Below, in pieces: positions 10,251 to 20,796 of a stretch of 64,000 nucleotides of DNA. The notes under the pieces are model-generated. The model ran no database searches, was not told the DNA's origin, and saw only the letters and a list, made by a program, of their open reading frames with translations. The position numbers and the translations under genes are program-made. The number at the start of each line of letters is the position of its first letter. Position 1 is the stretch's first letter. The stretch is from Acidobacteriota bacterium (GTDB lineage Bacteria; Acidobacteriota; UBA890; WLXD01): assembly GCA_963666215.2 (NCBI GenBank), contig CAXWPL010000004.1:672001-736000 (forward strand). The letters are read 5' to 3'.

Positions 10251-13226
10251 CTAGAAGCTAGGACCGATGTAGAAACTGATCTGCGGTTTGCCGATGAACG
10301 AGCCGAGGTCGGTCTCCTGCGACAGGTACCACGTCAGCGGAATCGGCCCGAGGTTGAAGCCGAGCCCAAGACCAAACGCCGAGCGCGCGTCGGCAAGGCG
10401 ACCATCCTCGGACAGCATGAAGTCCTCGTCGTTGAACCAGGCTGCGCCCGCGTCGAAGAAGAGCGTTCCGCGTATGTGCCGGATCGCGAAGTCGCCGCCA
10501 CGCGCCTCCCAAATCACCGGGAACCGGTACTCGAAGTTGAAGAACGCAGCCCGATTGCCAGCGAACTCGAGATAGTCGAAGCCACGCAGTTGGTTCAGGC
10601 CGCCGAAGAAGAAGACGCTCGGGTTGTCGCCGAAGCTGCCCGACCCCCAAACGCGCCAAGCGATAAGACTGTTGTTGGTTACCTGTTTGTACTCGCGCCA
10701 GTCGACGCTGACGTCGTAGAAATTCAGGCCGCCCACTCCGGGCGGAGCGACGGTGCCCTCCAAGCGAATTCGGCGCCCGGCGAAGGGACCAAACTCCTTG
10801 AAGCGCGCCTTGTCGCCGACAACCGCCACCTTTATCGGCACATAGGTCCCGTCGCTGAAGCGTTCCTGCAACGTCGTCACCTCGCCGGTCGTGCCTTCCA
10901 GCAGCGCGTCGAGCGCGTATGCACGTCGGTAATACCCCACCGAAAACTCGGTTCGCCAGTCCTGGCTCAAGGGGTACTCGCCGAAGATCTCGCCGCCGTC
11001 GAGCTCGAAGAAGGCCTGGCGCTCGAAGTTGTTGTTGAGGTCGGCGGTAAAGAAGAAGGCCCGCTGCGTGGTGGCCGAGGCGCCCCAGTTCAGCCGATGC
11101 TTCTGGTTGGTGTAGCGACCGGTGAAGTTCCGCTGGCTCTCGATCGATCCGAGAATCGCGGTGATCTGATGGTTGCCGAGCAGGTCGCTGAACTGAATCG
11201 CCGTATTCGACAAGATCGAGCCGCGCGAACTGTAGCCGCCGGCTACCTGGATGCCCGAGATGTGCCAACCACCGCCGGTCGACTGCGTACGGTTGTCGTC
11301 GCTGAGCTCCACCGTCGCGGCGGCTGCCATCTCCTCTTCAATCGCGTCGACCTGGGCGTCGGGGAGCGCCTCGCTGAGCGCTTCGAAGGTCTCCACGACG
11401 CCTTCGTCGGGACTCGGCAAATCCATCGTGTAGAGGTTGTAGCTGCTGTCGCCATACGAGGAGAAAAGCAGCTTCGGATCGTCGCCCGGTATGAGCTGCG
11501 GGAAGAACGCCCCGTGCAGGATGTTGGTGTAGCGCCGCACGGTGTCGGTGGCGAGCTCGAGGTCGTACAGGTTGTGCTCACCTGTTCGATCCGACACGAA
11601 ATACACGCGCGAGCCATCGGCCGAGAAGCTCGGCTGGGTGTCGTTGCTCAACCCGAAGGTGAGTTGCACGCGCTCCTGCGGCCGGGACAGGTCGATGCGG
11701 AATAGCTTCTTGTTGCGCAGCACGTGCGTCGCGAAGATCAGGCTGCGTCCATCAGGCGACCAAACGGGGGCGTAGTCGTAGAGCGCGTCCTGGGTCAGGT
11801 TCGACACACTGTCGTCGCGCGGATCCCACACCCAGATGTCCCGCACACCGTTTCGATGCGCGCCAAAGGCCACACGGCCATCGGCGCTGATACTCGGCGA
11901 GAGCGCCTGGTCGAGGTCGAGCTTGATGCTGTTCGTGACATTCCCAGAGGTGGCATCCACCAGGAATACCGTGCGCGAGGGCGGTGTTCGGCCAAAGAAC
12001 GCGATGGTCCTGCCATCGGGCGACCACGACAAGTCGTTGCCCGCTTGGAAGCCGACGGTCAACCCCTGCCCCACGAGGTACTCGTACTGGCCGTGCAGAC
12101 CGCCGGTGAGGCTCTTGGTGCGCTCACCCGTCGCCAAATCGAAGCGGTAGATATCGAGCGTCTGCGCCCGTGTATCCACCGAGATCGCTGCGAACTGACT
12201 GCCGTCGGGCGACACCACTGGGCTGAACGCCAACGGCCGGTCGCGCGCGGGAATGCCGGCCATCAGGCTGTCGGCGAAGTCGGGGGCCTCGTCGTGCGCC
12301 AGCACGTCCGGTAGGTAGCGCGCCCGCAGATAGTTGCGGAACTCGTCGTTGAACTCCTGCGGCGTCACGTTGAACGCGCGCTCGAGGTCACGCTCCACGT
12401 CCTGGCCCAGATCACGGCGAATCTCGCCGAGGAAGATCTGCACGCCCTGGGCGCCGTGCTCCTCTTCGATGTAGTCCCACACCACCTGGCCGAGGACGTA
12501 ATCCACTAGAAAGCCGCGGTTGTAGGTCATCTGGATGAGCGTCGGGATGTCGTCCGAGAGCACGATATCGCGCAGCATCATCTCGTCGAGCGAGGTGAGG
12601 TTGTTGGCAGCGTGCTCGGCGAAGCCCTCCATCACCCAACCGGGGGGCTGCACGCGAAGCGAGGCGCCTGCCCGCGAACCACCGAACAAGAAATCGAACT
12701 GGAAGATGTGGGTGATCTCGTGAATCATCAGCGAGTGCAGCTGATCCGGCGGCGCGTCAACTGGCAACACAAGGCGGTTTTGAGCCGGCTCAGCGAACGC
12801 GGCCACGGCTTCCGGCAGGAAGTACGGCAGCACGTGCGTCTGCTGAAACTCGCTGTGTGTCTGGTAGAAGATGATTGGCGTCCGCTCCGAAAGCTGGTGT
12901 CCCATCTTCTGCGACAGTCGGCGATAGGCGTCCTCGGCGAAGGCCACAACCTCGTCGAGGTGCGCCTCTTCGTCCGGGTAGTAGAAGACGTCGAAATGCG
13001 GCGCCGTGTACTTCCAAAAATCGAAGGCCTCGTAGGTGACCTTGTTCTTGCCGTAGCGCGTGCTGAACGGGGTGTTGTACTGCGCGTGGGCCTCGACGAT
13101 GAAGCCGCTCGTAACGAGGAGCGCGACCAGGACGACGAGCAAGAGTCGCGCCACGGTGCCGCGCCGCGCCATCGGTGTGGGCCGCGCGCTATTGCCGGCT
13201 GCTGGGTTGCGCATGATCTGCCTCAC
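10251..13226 (-). CDS. Omp85/BamA-family outer-membrane protein with N-terminal zinc-metallopeptidase and TolB-like (PD40) propeller
   Basis: Signal peptide; HEITH...WVMEGFAE gluzincin motif; repeated PxWSPDG/PSFSADG; LRGF and NFEYRFP barrel motifs; C-terminal FYIGPSF. Start uncertain. Confidence 0.88.
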   Translation of the reverse strand: MRQIMRNPAAGNSARPTPMARRGTVARLLLVVLVALLVTSGFIVEAHAQYNTPFSTRYGKNKVTYEAFDFWKYTAPHFDVFYYPDEEAHLDEVVAFAEDAYRRLSQKMGHQLSERTPIIFYQTHSEFQQTHVLPYFLPEAVAAFAEPAQNRLVLPVDAPPDQLHSLMIHEITHIFQFDFLFGGSRAGASLRVQPPGWVMEGFAEHAANNLTSLDEMMLRDIVLSDDIPTLIQMTYNRGFLVDYVLGQVVWDYIEEEHGAQGVQIFLGEIRRDLGQDVERDLERAFNVTPQEFNDEFRNYLRARYLPDVLAHDEAPDFADSLMAGIPARDRPLAFSPVVSPDGSQFAAISVDTRAQTLDIYRFDLATGERTKSLTGGLHGQYEYLVGQGLTVGFQAGNDLSWSPDGRTIAFFGRTPPSRTVFLVDATSGNVTNSIKLDLDQALSPSISADGRVAFGAHRNGVRDIWVWDPRDDSVSNLTQDALYDYAPVWSPDGRSLIFATHVLRNKKLFRIDLSRPQERVQLTFGLSNDTQPSFSADGSRVYFVSDRTGEHNLYDLELATDTVRRYTNILHGAFFPQLIPGDDPKLLFSSYGDSSYNLYTMDLPSPDEGVVETFEALSEALPDAQVDAIEEEMAAAATVELSDDNRTQSTGGGWHISGIQVAGGYSSRGSILSNTAIQFSDLLGNHQITAILGSIESQRNFTGRYTNQKHRLNWGASATTQRAFFFTADLNNNFERQAFFELDGGEIFGEYPLSQDWRTEFSVGYYRRAYALDALLEGTTGEVTTLQERFSDGTYVPIKVAVVGDKARFKEFGPFAGRRIRLEGTVAPPGVGGLNFYDVSVDWREYKQVTNNSLIAWRVWGSGSFGDNPSVFFFGGLNQLRGFDYLEFAGNRAAFFNFEYRFPVIWEARGGDFAIRHIRGTLFFDAGAAWFNDEDFMLSEDGRLADARSAFGLGLGFNLGPIPLTWYLSQETDLGSFIGKPQISFYIGPSF

Positions 13227-13302
13227 TGACTGGGCGTTGGTTTCGCAGGGGTCTTGAAAAGGCGCTCTTCAGGGGCCTCTTAGCTTCTTCGGTCTGATCT
13301 CT

Positions 13303-14436
13303 CTAGTAGATGAGCAGGCGCGACTGGTCCGTCCTCTGCGGCGTGATGGCTTGGAGAATCTGCGGCACCAACTGCTCGAGCGCCTCCGCCGTCGCAGCGC
13401 CATCATCGACCCCCTGGTCGGAAGGGAACGATGCCGACCCTTCGAGCGCGCCGTCGAGCAACCTCTGACCATCCTCGCCGCGCAGCAGGACGTAATCGAA
13501 GTTGACGGTGTACGTCACGCTGTCTTCAAACTCGGCAACTTCGCGAACCTCGCCATCGGGGCCACGCATGCGCCGCCGAACAAGCTTCGACTCGTCCTCG
13601 GTAGTGACGCCGATCTCGCCTGTGAGAATCAAGTCGGCGCCGGCCGCCTCGGCTCGCTGCACCCAATAGTCGGCGTCGTCGAAGATGCCCTCACGTGGAC
13701 CCTCGAGCGGCAGGCCGAGCTGATCCTGGGTCTGGAAGAAGGTCCGCTGGGTGATCCGCCGTCGCAGATAGGGCACCGCTACGCCGTTGATGTTGGCCGT
13801 GCTGTCGCGACGCTGCACAAAGTTGCCGATGAGCATGCGGCTGAAGCCAGCGAGATTCGGACCGCCTTCGTCGGGGAGAGCGATCTCGACTTCGAGCGCC
13901 GTGAGGTCGGTGCGCAGCAACAAGGCACTGAGCTCGTCGGCGATCACTTGCGTCGAGTCGTCGTTACCGTTGTCGCCGTCGTCGGAAGCGGCTTCCGAGT
14001 CGTCGTTGCCGATCTCGCCGCTGTTGACGCGCTCCCAGATCACCGAGAACTGCTTGTAGTTCCAGTTGATGTAGTCGCGCTCGGCCGGACCAGCGACCTG
14101 CAGTGCGTCGTCGTACCGCGCTTTGGCGGTGTCGAACTCGGCAAGCCGCTCCTGGCGCACGGCGAGATTGTTGAGTGCCCGCGCGTTGCTCTGGCTAATC
14201 GCCAGCGCCTTCAGCCAGCGAAACTCCGCTTCTTCCCAGAATCCCCGGTCGGCAGCGCTAACACCGGAGCGCGTCTGATTCGTTGAGCGGTCAACGGGAG
14301 CGGTCGAACACGCGGGAAGGCTCACCAGAGCGGCCAGCGTGGAGAGGCAAAGCACCGAATGGCTGATCTGCCTGCGCCGCGCGAAAGCAGCCTCTGGCAC
14401 GACGCGAGAAGGGTCAAGGTCGTGAGCTGAGGACAT
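13303..14436 (-). CDS. TPR-containing lipoprotein
   Basis: Lipobox LPAC; TPR-like WEEAEFRWLKAL...NARALNNLAV...ARYDDAL. Confidence 0.75.
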   Translation of the reverse strand: MSSAHDLDPSRVVPEAAFARRRQISHSVLCLSTLAALVSLPACSTAPVDRSTNQTRSGVSAADRGFWEEAEFRWLKALAISQSNARALNNLAVRQERLAEFDTAKARYDDALQVAGPAERDYINWNYKQFSVIWERVNSGEIGNDDSEAASDDGDNGNDDSTQVIADELSALLLRTDLTALEVEIALPDEGGPNLAGFSRMLIGNFVQRRDSTANINGVAVPYLRRRITQRTFFQTQDQLGLPLEGPREGIFDDADYWVQRAEAAGADLILTGEIGVTTEDESKLVRRRMRGPDGEVREVAEFEDSVTYTVNFDYVLLRGEDGQRLLDGALEGSASFPSDQGVDDGAATAEALEQLVPQILQAITPQRTDQSRLLIY

Positions 14437-14649
14437 ATGGGTGTCGCGATCCTGAGCTGTTCGGTGAAGGAGTGCGGCGGGGACCCGACACATTGGATTC
14501 GGAGACAAGCAGAGTGTATCGATGCCGCCAACAGCCTGGCAAGTGAGCGGCGTCGGCCCTGCAACATGCAAGGTCACCTTTCCCGTAGCCACGAAACCGA
14601 CGTACGAGTCGGAAAGGCGCTGCGCGATGACCGTCTCATGGAGATGAGC

Positions 14650-15570
14650 ATGCGCGACGATCCACAGTCACAACCTATCAGCTGCACTCTGCGGCCCGGC
14701 GACGAAACCTACCCGGAGGGCCTTTCGAAGCTGACACCGCCGCCGGCCCAGCTGCATGTGCGCGGCACGCTCCTACCCGGCGAAGTGAGCGTAGCGGTTG
14801 TCGGCTCGCGCGAGTGCTCGGCCTACGGTCGCGATGTCGCCTACCGGATCGCGAGCGGAGTGGCCCGTGCGGGCATCCTCGTGGTTTCTGGCTTGGCGCG
14901 CGGCATCGACGCGGCCGCGCACTGCGGGGCGCTCGATGCGGGCGGGCGCACGGTCGCGGTGTTGCCGTGCGGGCTCGATCGAGTGTACCCGGCATCCCAT
15001 GGCGTTCTCGCGACCCGAATCGTTCGCCAAGGCGCCCTGGTCACCGAGAACGATCCCGGAACCACGGTTGCCCCGTGGCAGTTTCCTCGCCGCAACCGCA
15101 TCATCGCAGGGATGAGCTTGGTGACGGTTGTGGTGGAGGCGGCGGCGCGCAGTGGCGCCCGCATCACCGCGAATCTTGCCGCCGACGCCGGGCGCGAAGT
15201 CATGGTGGTTCCCGGGCCGGTCACTTCGCGCTCTTCCGAAGGCTGTCATGCACTTCTCTCCCAGGGCGCCCACGTGTGCACCGGCTGGCGCGACGTTCTG
15301 GCCCATCTGCCCCCCGACGTTGAACGCCAGGCGCTAGCCCGCGCGGCAACCGGCAACTGTGGTTCGCGACGATCCGACCTGTCGGCGCGCGCCCGGCTGC
15401 TGCTCGACGCACTGGCGGGGCGGGCGGCGCCCCTCGAGGCTCTGCTCGACCGCTGCGCCCTGTCGGTAAGCGACGCGCTCAGCGCCGTCACGGAGCTCGA
15501 GCTCGGTGGGCTGGTGAGGGTGACGGGCACCCGAATCGAGCCCACCGTGGGGCCCGATGGGCACACCTGA
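14650..15570 (+). CDS. dprA: DNA-processing protein DprA
   Basis: VAVVGSR, VVSGLARGIDAAAH, FPRRNRIIAG, VVEAAARSGARITA; lies upstream of topA. Confidence 0.95.
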   Translation: MRDDPQSQPISCTLRPGDETYPEGLSKLTPPPAQLHVRGTLLPGEVSVAVVGSRECSAYGRDVAYRIASGVARAGILVVSGLARGIDAAAHCGALDAGGRTVAVLPCGLDRVYPASHGVLATRIVRQGALVTENDPGTTVAPWQFPRRNRIIAGMSLVTVVVEAAARSGARITANLAADAGREVMVVPGPVTSRSSEGCHALLSQGAHVCTGWRDVLAHLPPDVERQALARAATGNCGSRRSDLSARARLLLDALAGRAAPLEALLDRCALSVSDALSAVTELELGGLVRVTGTRIEPTVGPDGHT

Positions 15571-15628
15571 CACACGCCGATTCTCCTGCCGGGCCAAGAT
15601 CCAGGGGCCCGATAGAGACCGAAACGAT

Positions 15629-15659
15629 TTGCTACACTCGGCCGCCGCCGTCTATTAAT
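15629..15659 (+). promoter_or_regulatory. putative sigma70 promoter for topA
   Basis: TTGCTA-N18-TATTAA(T) in a GC-rich background. Confidence 0.4.
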
Positions 15660-15791
15660 GAACGTACTCGCTGCCGAACCGTGGCCGACCGTCGCCATTT
15701 CGAGAACGGCCACGCAACGTCGGCAGCACCGCTTTAGATGATCGAGGCACGCTGAAGTGCCCACCATCAACTCCCGATAGCGAGCTCAAAA

Positions 15792-18086
15792 ATGGGCAGC
15801 TCACTCGTAATTGTCGAGTCTCCGGCCAAGGCCCGCACGATCAACCGCTACCTCGGCAAGGGGTACACGGTAAAGGCCTCGATGGGCCACGTGCGCGACC
15901 TCCCCAAGAAGGAGCTCGCAGTGGACGTCGACAACGATTTCGCGCCCACGTACCAGCTTATCGACGACAAGAAGAAGGTCGTCCAGGAGCTGCGCCGCAT
16001 CGCGGCCAAGTCCGACGCGATCTACATCGCAACGGATCCCGATCGCGAGGGCGAGGCCATCGGCTGGCACCTGGTGCAGCTTCTTGAAGAGAAGAAGGCG
16101 CCCAAGCAAGTCTATCGAGTGCTCCTCGAAGAGATCACCAAGCCCGGAATCGAGCGCGCTTTCGCGAACCGTCAAGAGCTCGATCTCGACAAGGTCAACG
16201 CGCAGCAAGCACGACGCATTCTCGACCGGCTCGTGGGCTACAAGCTGTCGCCGCTGCTGTGGGACAAGGTTCGCCGTGGCATCTCGGCCGGGCGTGTGCA
16301 GTCGGTGGCCCTGCGCCTGGTGGTCGACCGCGAGCGCGAGATCGAAGCGTTCGTAACCGAGGAGTACTGGTCGATTACCGCGAGCCTCGAGAGCGATTCC
16401 CCACCGCCCTTCGACGCTAAGCTGCACCGCAAGTCGGGCGACGAGGTCAAGATTGGCGACGAAGACGCCGCCCAAGCGATCCTCGGCGAGCTCCAGGGCG
16501 CGGCATGGGGCGTGGCCAAAATCGACTCCAAAAAGCGCCGCCGGCGCCCCAAGCCGCCGTTCACCACACCGCAGCTGCAGCAGGCCGCCTATCGGCGCAT
16601 CGGATCGTCGGTACGCCGCACAATGATGCTGGCGCAGCAGCTGTACGAGGGCATCGACATCGGCGACGAAGCTCCTGTGGGTCTCATCACCTACATGCGC
16701 ACCGACTCCACCCGAGTGGCCGATGTCGCTATCTCCGAGGCACGAGAGGTGATCGGCAAGCGCTTTGGCGCCGAGTCTGTACCCAACAAGCCTCGCGTAT
16801 TCAAGGCGGGCAAGGCCGCGCAAGAGGCACACGAGGCCATCCGGCCGACATCAGCGGCGCGCACGCCGCAGGCGATGAAGAAGTACCTCGACAAAGACCA
16901 GTACCGCATGTACGAGCTCATCTGGCAGCGCTTCGTGGCTTCCCAGATGGCCGATGCGCTTTACGACACGACCGCGGTAGATATCGCCGCCGGCGACTAC
17001 ACCTTCCGCGCCTCGGGATCGATCTTGCGATTCGCCGGCTTCCTGGCGGCCTACGCCGATCTCGAAAAGAAACCCGACGACGACAGCGAAGCCGCGAGCG
17101 AAACCGACCGCCTGCTGCCACCGCTCAGCGAGGGCGATGCGCTGAAGCTGCTCGACATCGCTCCGAAGCAGCACTTCACGCAGCCACCGCCGCGCTTCAG
17201 CGAGGCAATACTCGTCCGCGAGCTCGAGCGTAACGGCATCGGTCGTCCGTCAACCTACGCCGACATCCTCAGCAAGCTGCGCAACCGGGCCTACGCGAAC
17301 GTCGAGGACAAGCGCTTCCACCCGAGCGAGCTCGGCACCACGGTGACCGACCTGCTGGTGCAGAACTTCGGCCGCATCCTCGATATCAACTACACGGCCA
17401 GGGTCGAGGAACGCCTCGACGACATCGAGGCCGGCAAGGAGGGATGGGTCACCGCGCTCGACCGTTTCTGGGACCGCTTCACGAAGGAGCTGAAGACGGC
17501 CGAGAAAGAGATGCGCAACGTCAAGCGCGAGGAGACCCCCACCGAAGAGGTTTGCGACAAGTGCGGCAAGCCCATGGTCATCAAGTTCGGACGCTTCGGA
17601 CGCTTCATCGCCTGTACCGGCTACCCCGAGTGCAAGAACACCAAGAAGATCGCCAAGGGCGCCGACGGCGAAGACAAGATCGAGGACAAGCCCGCCCCTG
17701 AGCCCACCGGCGAAAAGTGTCCGAAGTGCGAAACCGGACAGTTGGTCCGCCGCACCGGCCGCTTCGGCCCCTTCGTAGGTTGTGGTGACTTCCCGAAGTG
17801 TCGCTACATCAAGCCGAAGACGATCGGGATCAAGTGCCCCAAGTGCAGCAATGGCGATCTGTCGGAGAAGCGTACGAAGAAGCGACGCACCTTCTTCGGC
17901 TGCACCGAGTATCCCGACTGCGACTTCGCCACCTGGCGACGCCCAGTGCCGATCGCCTGCCCGACGTGCAAGCACCCGTTCTTGGAAATCAAGAAGGCCA
18001 AGGACTTGCCCGACGAGCTCGTGTGCCCGCAGGAAGATTGCGAGTACGCCACCGAGGCGGCGGAAACGATCGGCGTACCGGAATAG
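15792..18086 (+). CDS. topA: DNA topoisomerase I with C-terminal zinc ribbons
   Basis: LVIVESPAKA, DPDREGE, SAGRVQS, ITYMRTDS, QEAHEAIRPT, GIGRPSTY; multiple C4 ribbons. Confidence 0.98.
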   Translation: MGSSLVIVESPAKARTINRYLGKGYTVKASMGHVRDLPKKELAVDVDNDFAPTYQLIDDKKKVVQELRRIAAKSDAIYIATDPDREGEAIGWHLVQLLEEKKAPKQVYRVLLEEITKPGIERAFANRQELDLDKVNAQQARRILDRLVGYKLSPLLWDKVRRGISAGRVQSVALRLVVDREREIEAFVTEEYWSITASLESDSPPPFDAKLHRKSGDEVKIGDEDAAQAILGELQGAAWGVAKIDSKKRRRRPKPPFTTPQLQQAAYRRIGSSVRRTMMLAQQLYEGIDIGDEAPVGLITYMRTDSTRVADVAISEAREVIGKRFGAESVPNKPRVFKAGKAAQEAHEAIRPTSAARTPQAMKKYLDKDQYRMYELIWQRFVASQMADALYDTTAVDIAAGDYTFRASGSILRFAGFLAAYADLEKKPDDDSEAASETDRLLPPLSEGDALKLLDIAPKQHFTQPPPRFSEAILVRELERNGIGRPSTYADILSKLRNRAYANVEDKRFHPSELGTTVTDLLVQNFGRILDINYTARVEERLDDIEAGKEGWVTALDRFWDRFTKELKTAEKEMRNVKREETPTEEVCDKCGKPMVIKFGRFGRFIACTGYPECKNTKKIAKGADGEDKIEDKPAPEPTGEKCPKCETGQLVRRTGRFGPFVGCGDFPKCRYIKPKTIGIKCPKCSNGDLSEKRTKKRRTFFGCTEYPDCDFATWRRPVPIACPTCKHPFLEIKKAKDLPDELVCPQEDCEYATEAAETIGVPE

Positions 18087-18237
18087 CCGAGGGCGGCTCG
18101 CCCCGGCGGCCCGGGCCCATTCGACGCGGGCCCGCATCAGCCGCCTCACTGCGCGACCTTGGCGCCTCGATCGCCATCATCGCGGGCGCAGCCGCTTAGA
18201 CTAGGCGTCGACCCGACGCCGGCCTCTTTTCGGGACT

Positions 18238-19488
18238 TTGCCGTTGCCAATCGCCAGTCAAGTTGTGGACGCGCTGCAGCCTGAGGATCACCTGCTGATT
18301 GCGTGTTGCGCTGCCGCTCTGCGCTCGGGGTCTGCAGGCTCTGCGGAAGCACCTGGCGTTGAAGTCGAGCCACCGGTCTCGAAGGCGTTCACCTGGGCGG
18401 CGTTCGTCGCCCGCGCCAACTGGCACGGCGTGCACGGGACGATCCTTCCTGTCGTCGCGAGCCAGCTGCGTTCCACGATGCCCGAAAACGTCTGGGAGTC
18501 GATGCGGGAGCTCGCCCAGCGGCAGGCGCCAAAAAACCTGCGTCTGTCTCGAGCACAGGCTGAGCTGATCGAGGCGTTCGAGCGTGCCCGAGTTCCGTTC
18601 GTCGTGCTGAAGGGGTTACCGCTGGCGCAGCATCTCTATGGAACCGTTACGGCTCGACGTTGCCGCGACATCGACCTCCTGGTCGCGCCGGAGGCATTCT
18701 GGGAGGGGCGTGCCGTTCTGGAGAGCCTCGGCTACGCGTCGACGCGCGGCCTCACACGCGCGCAGGATCGAGTTTGGTTGCGTTACGCGTCCGATCTACC
18801 GATGCAGCGCTCCGACGACGTCCTCGTAGAGCTCCACCATGGATTCGAGATACGCCCAGCACGAGCTGCGCACGCCTGCGCTGCCGGGCTCCTGGCGGCG
18901 GCGCGGCCGTTTGATCTCGACGGCGTAAACGTGCCGGCGGCGCTGGGTGTGGAGCTCATTCCCTATCTGGCGTGGCACGGTACCAAACACGCGTGGTTTC
19001 GGCTGTTCTGGCTGCTTGATATCGCGGCCGTCGAACTGCGGGCAGGAGTCGCTAACCGCGACGCCATCTGGGAGGCCGCCGCGTCGATCGGCCAGCAGCG
19101 CTCGCTGGCTCTCGCGTGGTGGCTGTCGGCAGCGCTCTTCGGCGTGCCGCAAACCGCCACCCGCATCGGCCCGGCGGAGGCCGGCCGCGTTGCCGCTCTC
19201 GGAGGACGCGTGCTGCGAGACGCGTTCGGTCCCGTGAAACCGCTGCAGGCGCACACGCTGGCGCGACGCAGCCGAGCGCTCAGCTGACAGTGGCAGGTGG
19301 CGTCGGGGCCGGGCCAAAGAGCGGCTGTGGTGCGCGACTATCTGATCGCGGTGCAGCCGGACGACATTCAAGCCATACCGCTACCGCGATCGCTGTACTG
19401 GTTGTACCCGGTGCTGCGCCCATTTCGGGTGGTCGCGAGGTTCGTCAAGGCTCTCTTGACTCGACTGATGCGTGTCTCCTGGAGCTAG
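18238..19488 (+). pseudogene. nucleotidyltransferase-family protein (lasso-cluster type) with in-frame TGA at 19285-19287
   Basis: VLKGLPLA...YG...R.CRDIDLLV, VELHH and WHGTKHAWFRLFWLLDI motifs. The family-typical C-terminus LPRSLYWLYPVLRPFR continues in the same frame after the stop. Confidence 0.82.
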
Positions 19489-19491
19489 TCG

Positions 19492-20796
19492 GTGCCGCGA
19501 GTGCTGTTTGTCAGTTATGTCTTCCCACCGATGGCCGCGGGAGGTGCGATCCGTACCGGACAGCTCGCACGCTACCTGCCCGAGCACGGCTGGGACGTGA
19601 CCGTGCTCACGGCAACCTGTTCGCCGGCGGCGGCGATCGATATGAAGGCGCTCGCGGCCCTCCCGAAGTCGATCCACGTGGAACGAGCCTGGGCACCCAA
19701 CCAGCGGCTTGGCTCGATGCGCGCCAGTGCGCAGCTGCGGCACGGAGTGCGCGGCTTCCTCCGCCGCTCCGCCATTGGCGCCGCCAAGCTGCTCGTGGTA
19801 CCCGATCGGCAGGTCAGCTGGTATCCGTCCGCGGTGCGCACGGGTCGTCGGCTGCTCGACGAAACACCTCACGACGTGGTGCTGGCGAGCTACGGCCCGG
19901 GCACGAGCCTTCTGGTTGGCAGACGACTTGCCGAGGCGGCGGAACTGCCGTTGGTACTCGACTTTCGCGATCTGTGGAGCGACCTGCCGCTCGATGTGTT
20001 CGCCACGGGTTGGCATCGAGCGCGGGCAGCGAGGATGGAGCGTCGTTGCGTTGCCGCGGCTCGCCGAATCGTTTGCGTGTCCGATCGCATGGCGGCTCAT
20101 CTGGCCGAGCGCCACGGCCGGTCGACGAGCGAAGTGGTAGCGATTCCGAACGGGTTCGATCCAGCGCAGGTGGGACGCCACGCGGACGCTGGTCCCCGCC
20201 ACGCCGACCCCTGCGCGCCCGCAGGCAGGCCGAGGCCGTTCCGGCTCGTGTACGCCGGCGCCGTGCATCGATTCCAGGCGGTAGATCCTTTCCTCGCGGC
20301 ACTGCGCGGCGCGATCGACGGTGGCGAGATCGAGCGGGCGGCGGTCGAAGTGGAGTTCGTTGGCAACCTCGACCCGGACGTGTCGCGGCGCAGCGGCCTC
20401 CAGGACATCGTGCGCTGCCGACCCTTTGTGCCCCATGCCGATGTGCCGGCAGTGCTAGCGCGAGCCGACGCCCTGCTTCTACTCGAGCAGCCGGGCTATT
20501 GGGGCGAGTTTTCCTACTCCGCGAAGGTCTTCGACTACGTGATCACCGGCAAGCCGGTTCTCGCTCTGGTCGAGGACCCCGGCAACAGTGCAAACCTGCT
20601 ACGCGAGCTGGGCACCGGGATCATGGTGGCGCCGCTGGACGAGGCGGCAATCCGCCGCGCTCTCGTCGCGCTCGTGACCGGCCCGCCGACGCCAGCTCGG
20701 AACGTCGATACCAGCGTCGATCCGCTGAACCGCTTCGACCGACGCACCCTCGCTGGCCAGTTGAGCGACGTGCTGCAAGACGCTTTGGGCGACTAG
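19492..20796 (+). CDS. glycosyltransferase (GT4-like)
   Basis: VSYVFPP...GGAIR, VLDFRDLW, IPNGFD, SAKVFDY motifs. Confidence 0.9.
   Translation: MPRVLFVSYVFPPMAAGGAIRTGQLARYLPEHGWDVTVLTATCSPAAAIDMKALAALPKSIHVERAWAPNQRLGSMRASAQLRHGVRGFLRRSAIGAAKLLVVPDRQVSWYPSAVRTGRRLLDETPHDVVLASYGPGTSLLVGRRLAEAAELPLVLDFRDLWSDLPLDVFATGWHRARAARMERRCVAAARRIVCVSDRMAAHLAERHGRSTSEVVAIPNGFDPAQVGRHADAGPRHADPCAPAGRPRPFRLVYAGAVHRFQAVDPFLAALRGAIDGGEIERAAVEVEFVGNLDPDVSRRSGLQDIVRCRPFVPHADVPAVLARADALLLLEQPGYWGEFSYSAKVFDYVITGKPVLALVEDPGNSANLLRELGTGIMVAPLDEAAIRRALVALVTGPPTPARNVDTSVDPLNRFDRRTLAGQLSDVLQDALGD

Noticed and set aside
9834-11705. 623-aa plus-strand ORF and many other long overlapping ORFs (e.g. 19116-20927, 39956-41572, 42566-43951)
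   Set aside because: Antisense or alternate-frame shadows of well-supported genes, expected in high-GC DNA; no motifs.
15658-15741. 27-aa ORF MNVLAAEPWPTVAISRTATQRRQHRFR as the lasso precursor
   Set aside because: No leader motif and no ring-forming Asp/Glu; lies in the topA leader hairpin, away from the cluster.
19285-19287. Selenocysteine recoding of the in-frame TGA
   Set aside because: Not a redox or catalytic Cys position and no convincing SECIS hairpin; a nonsense change or error is simpler.
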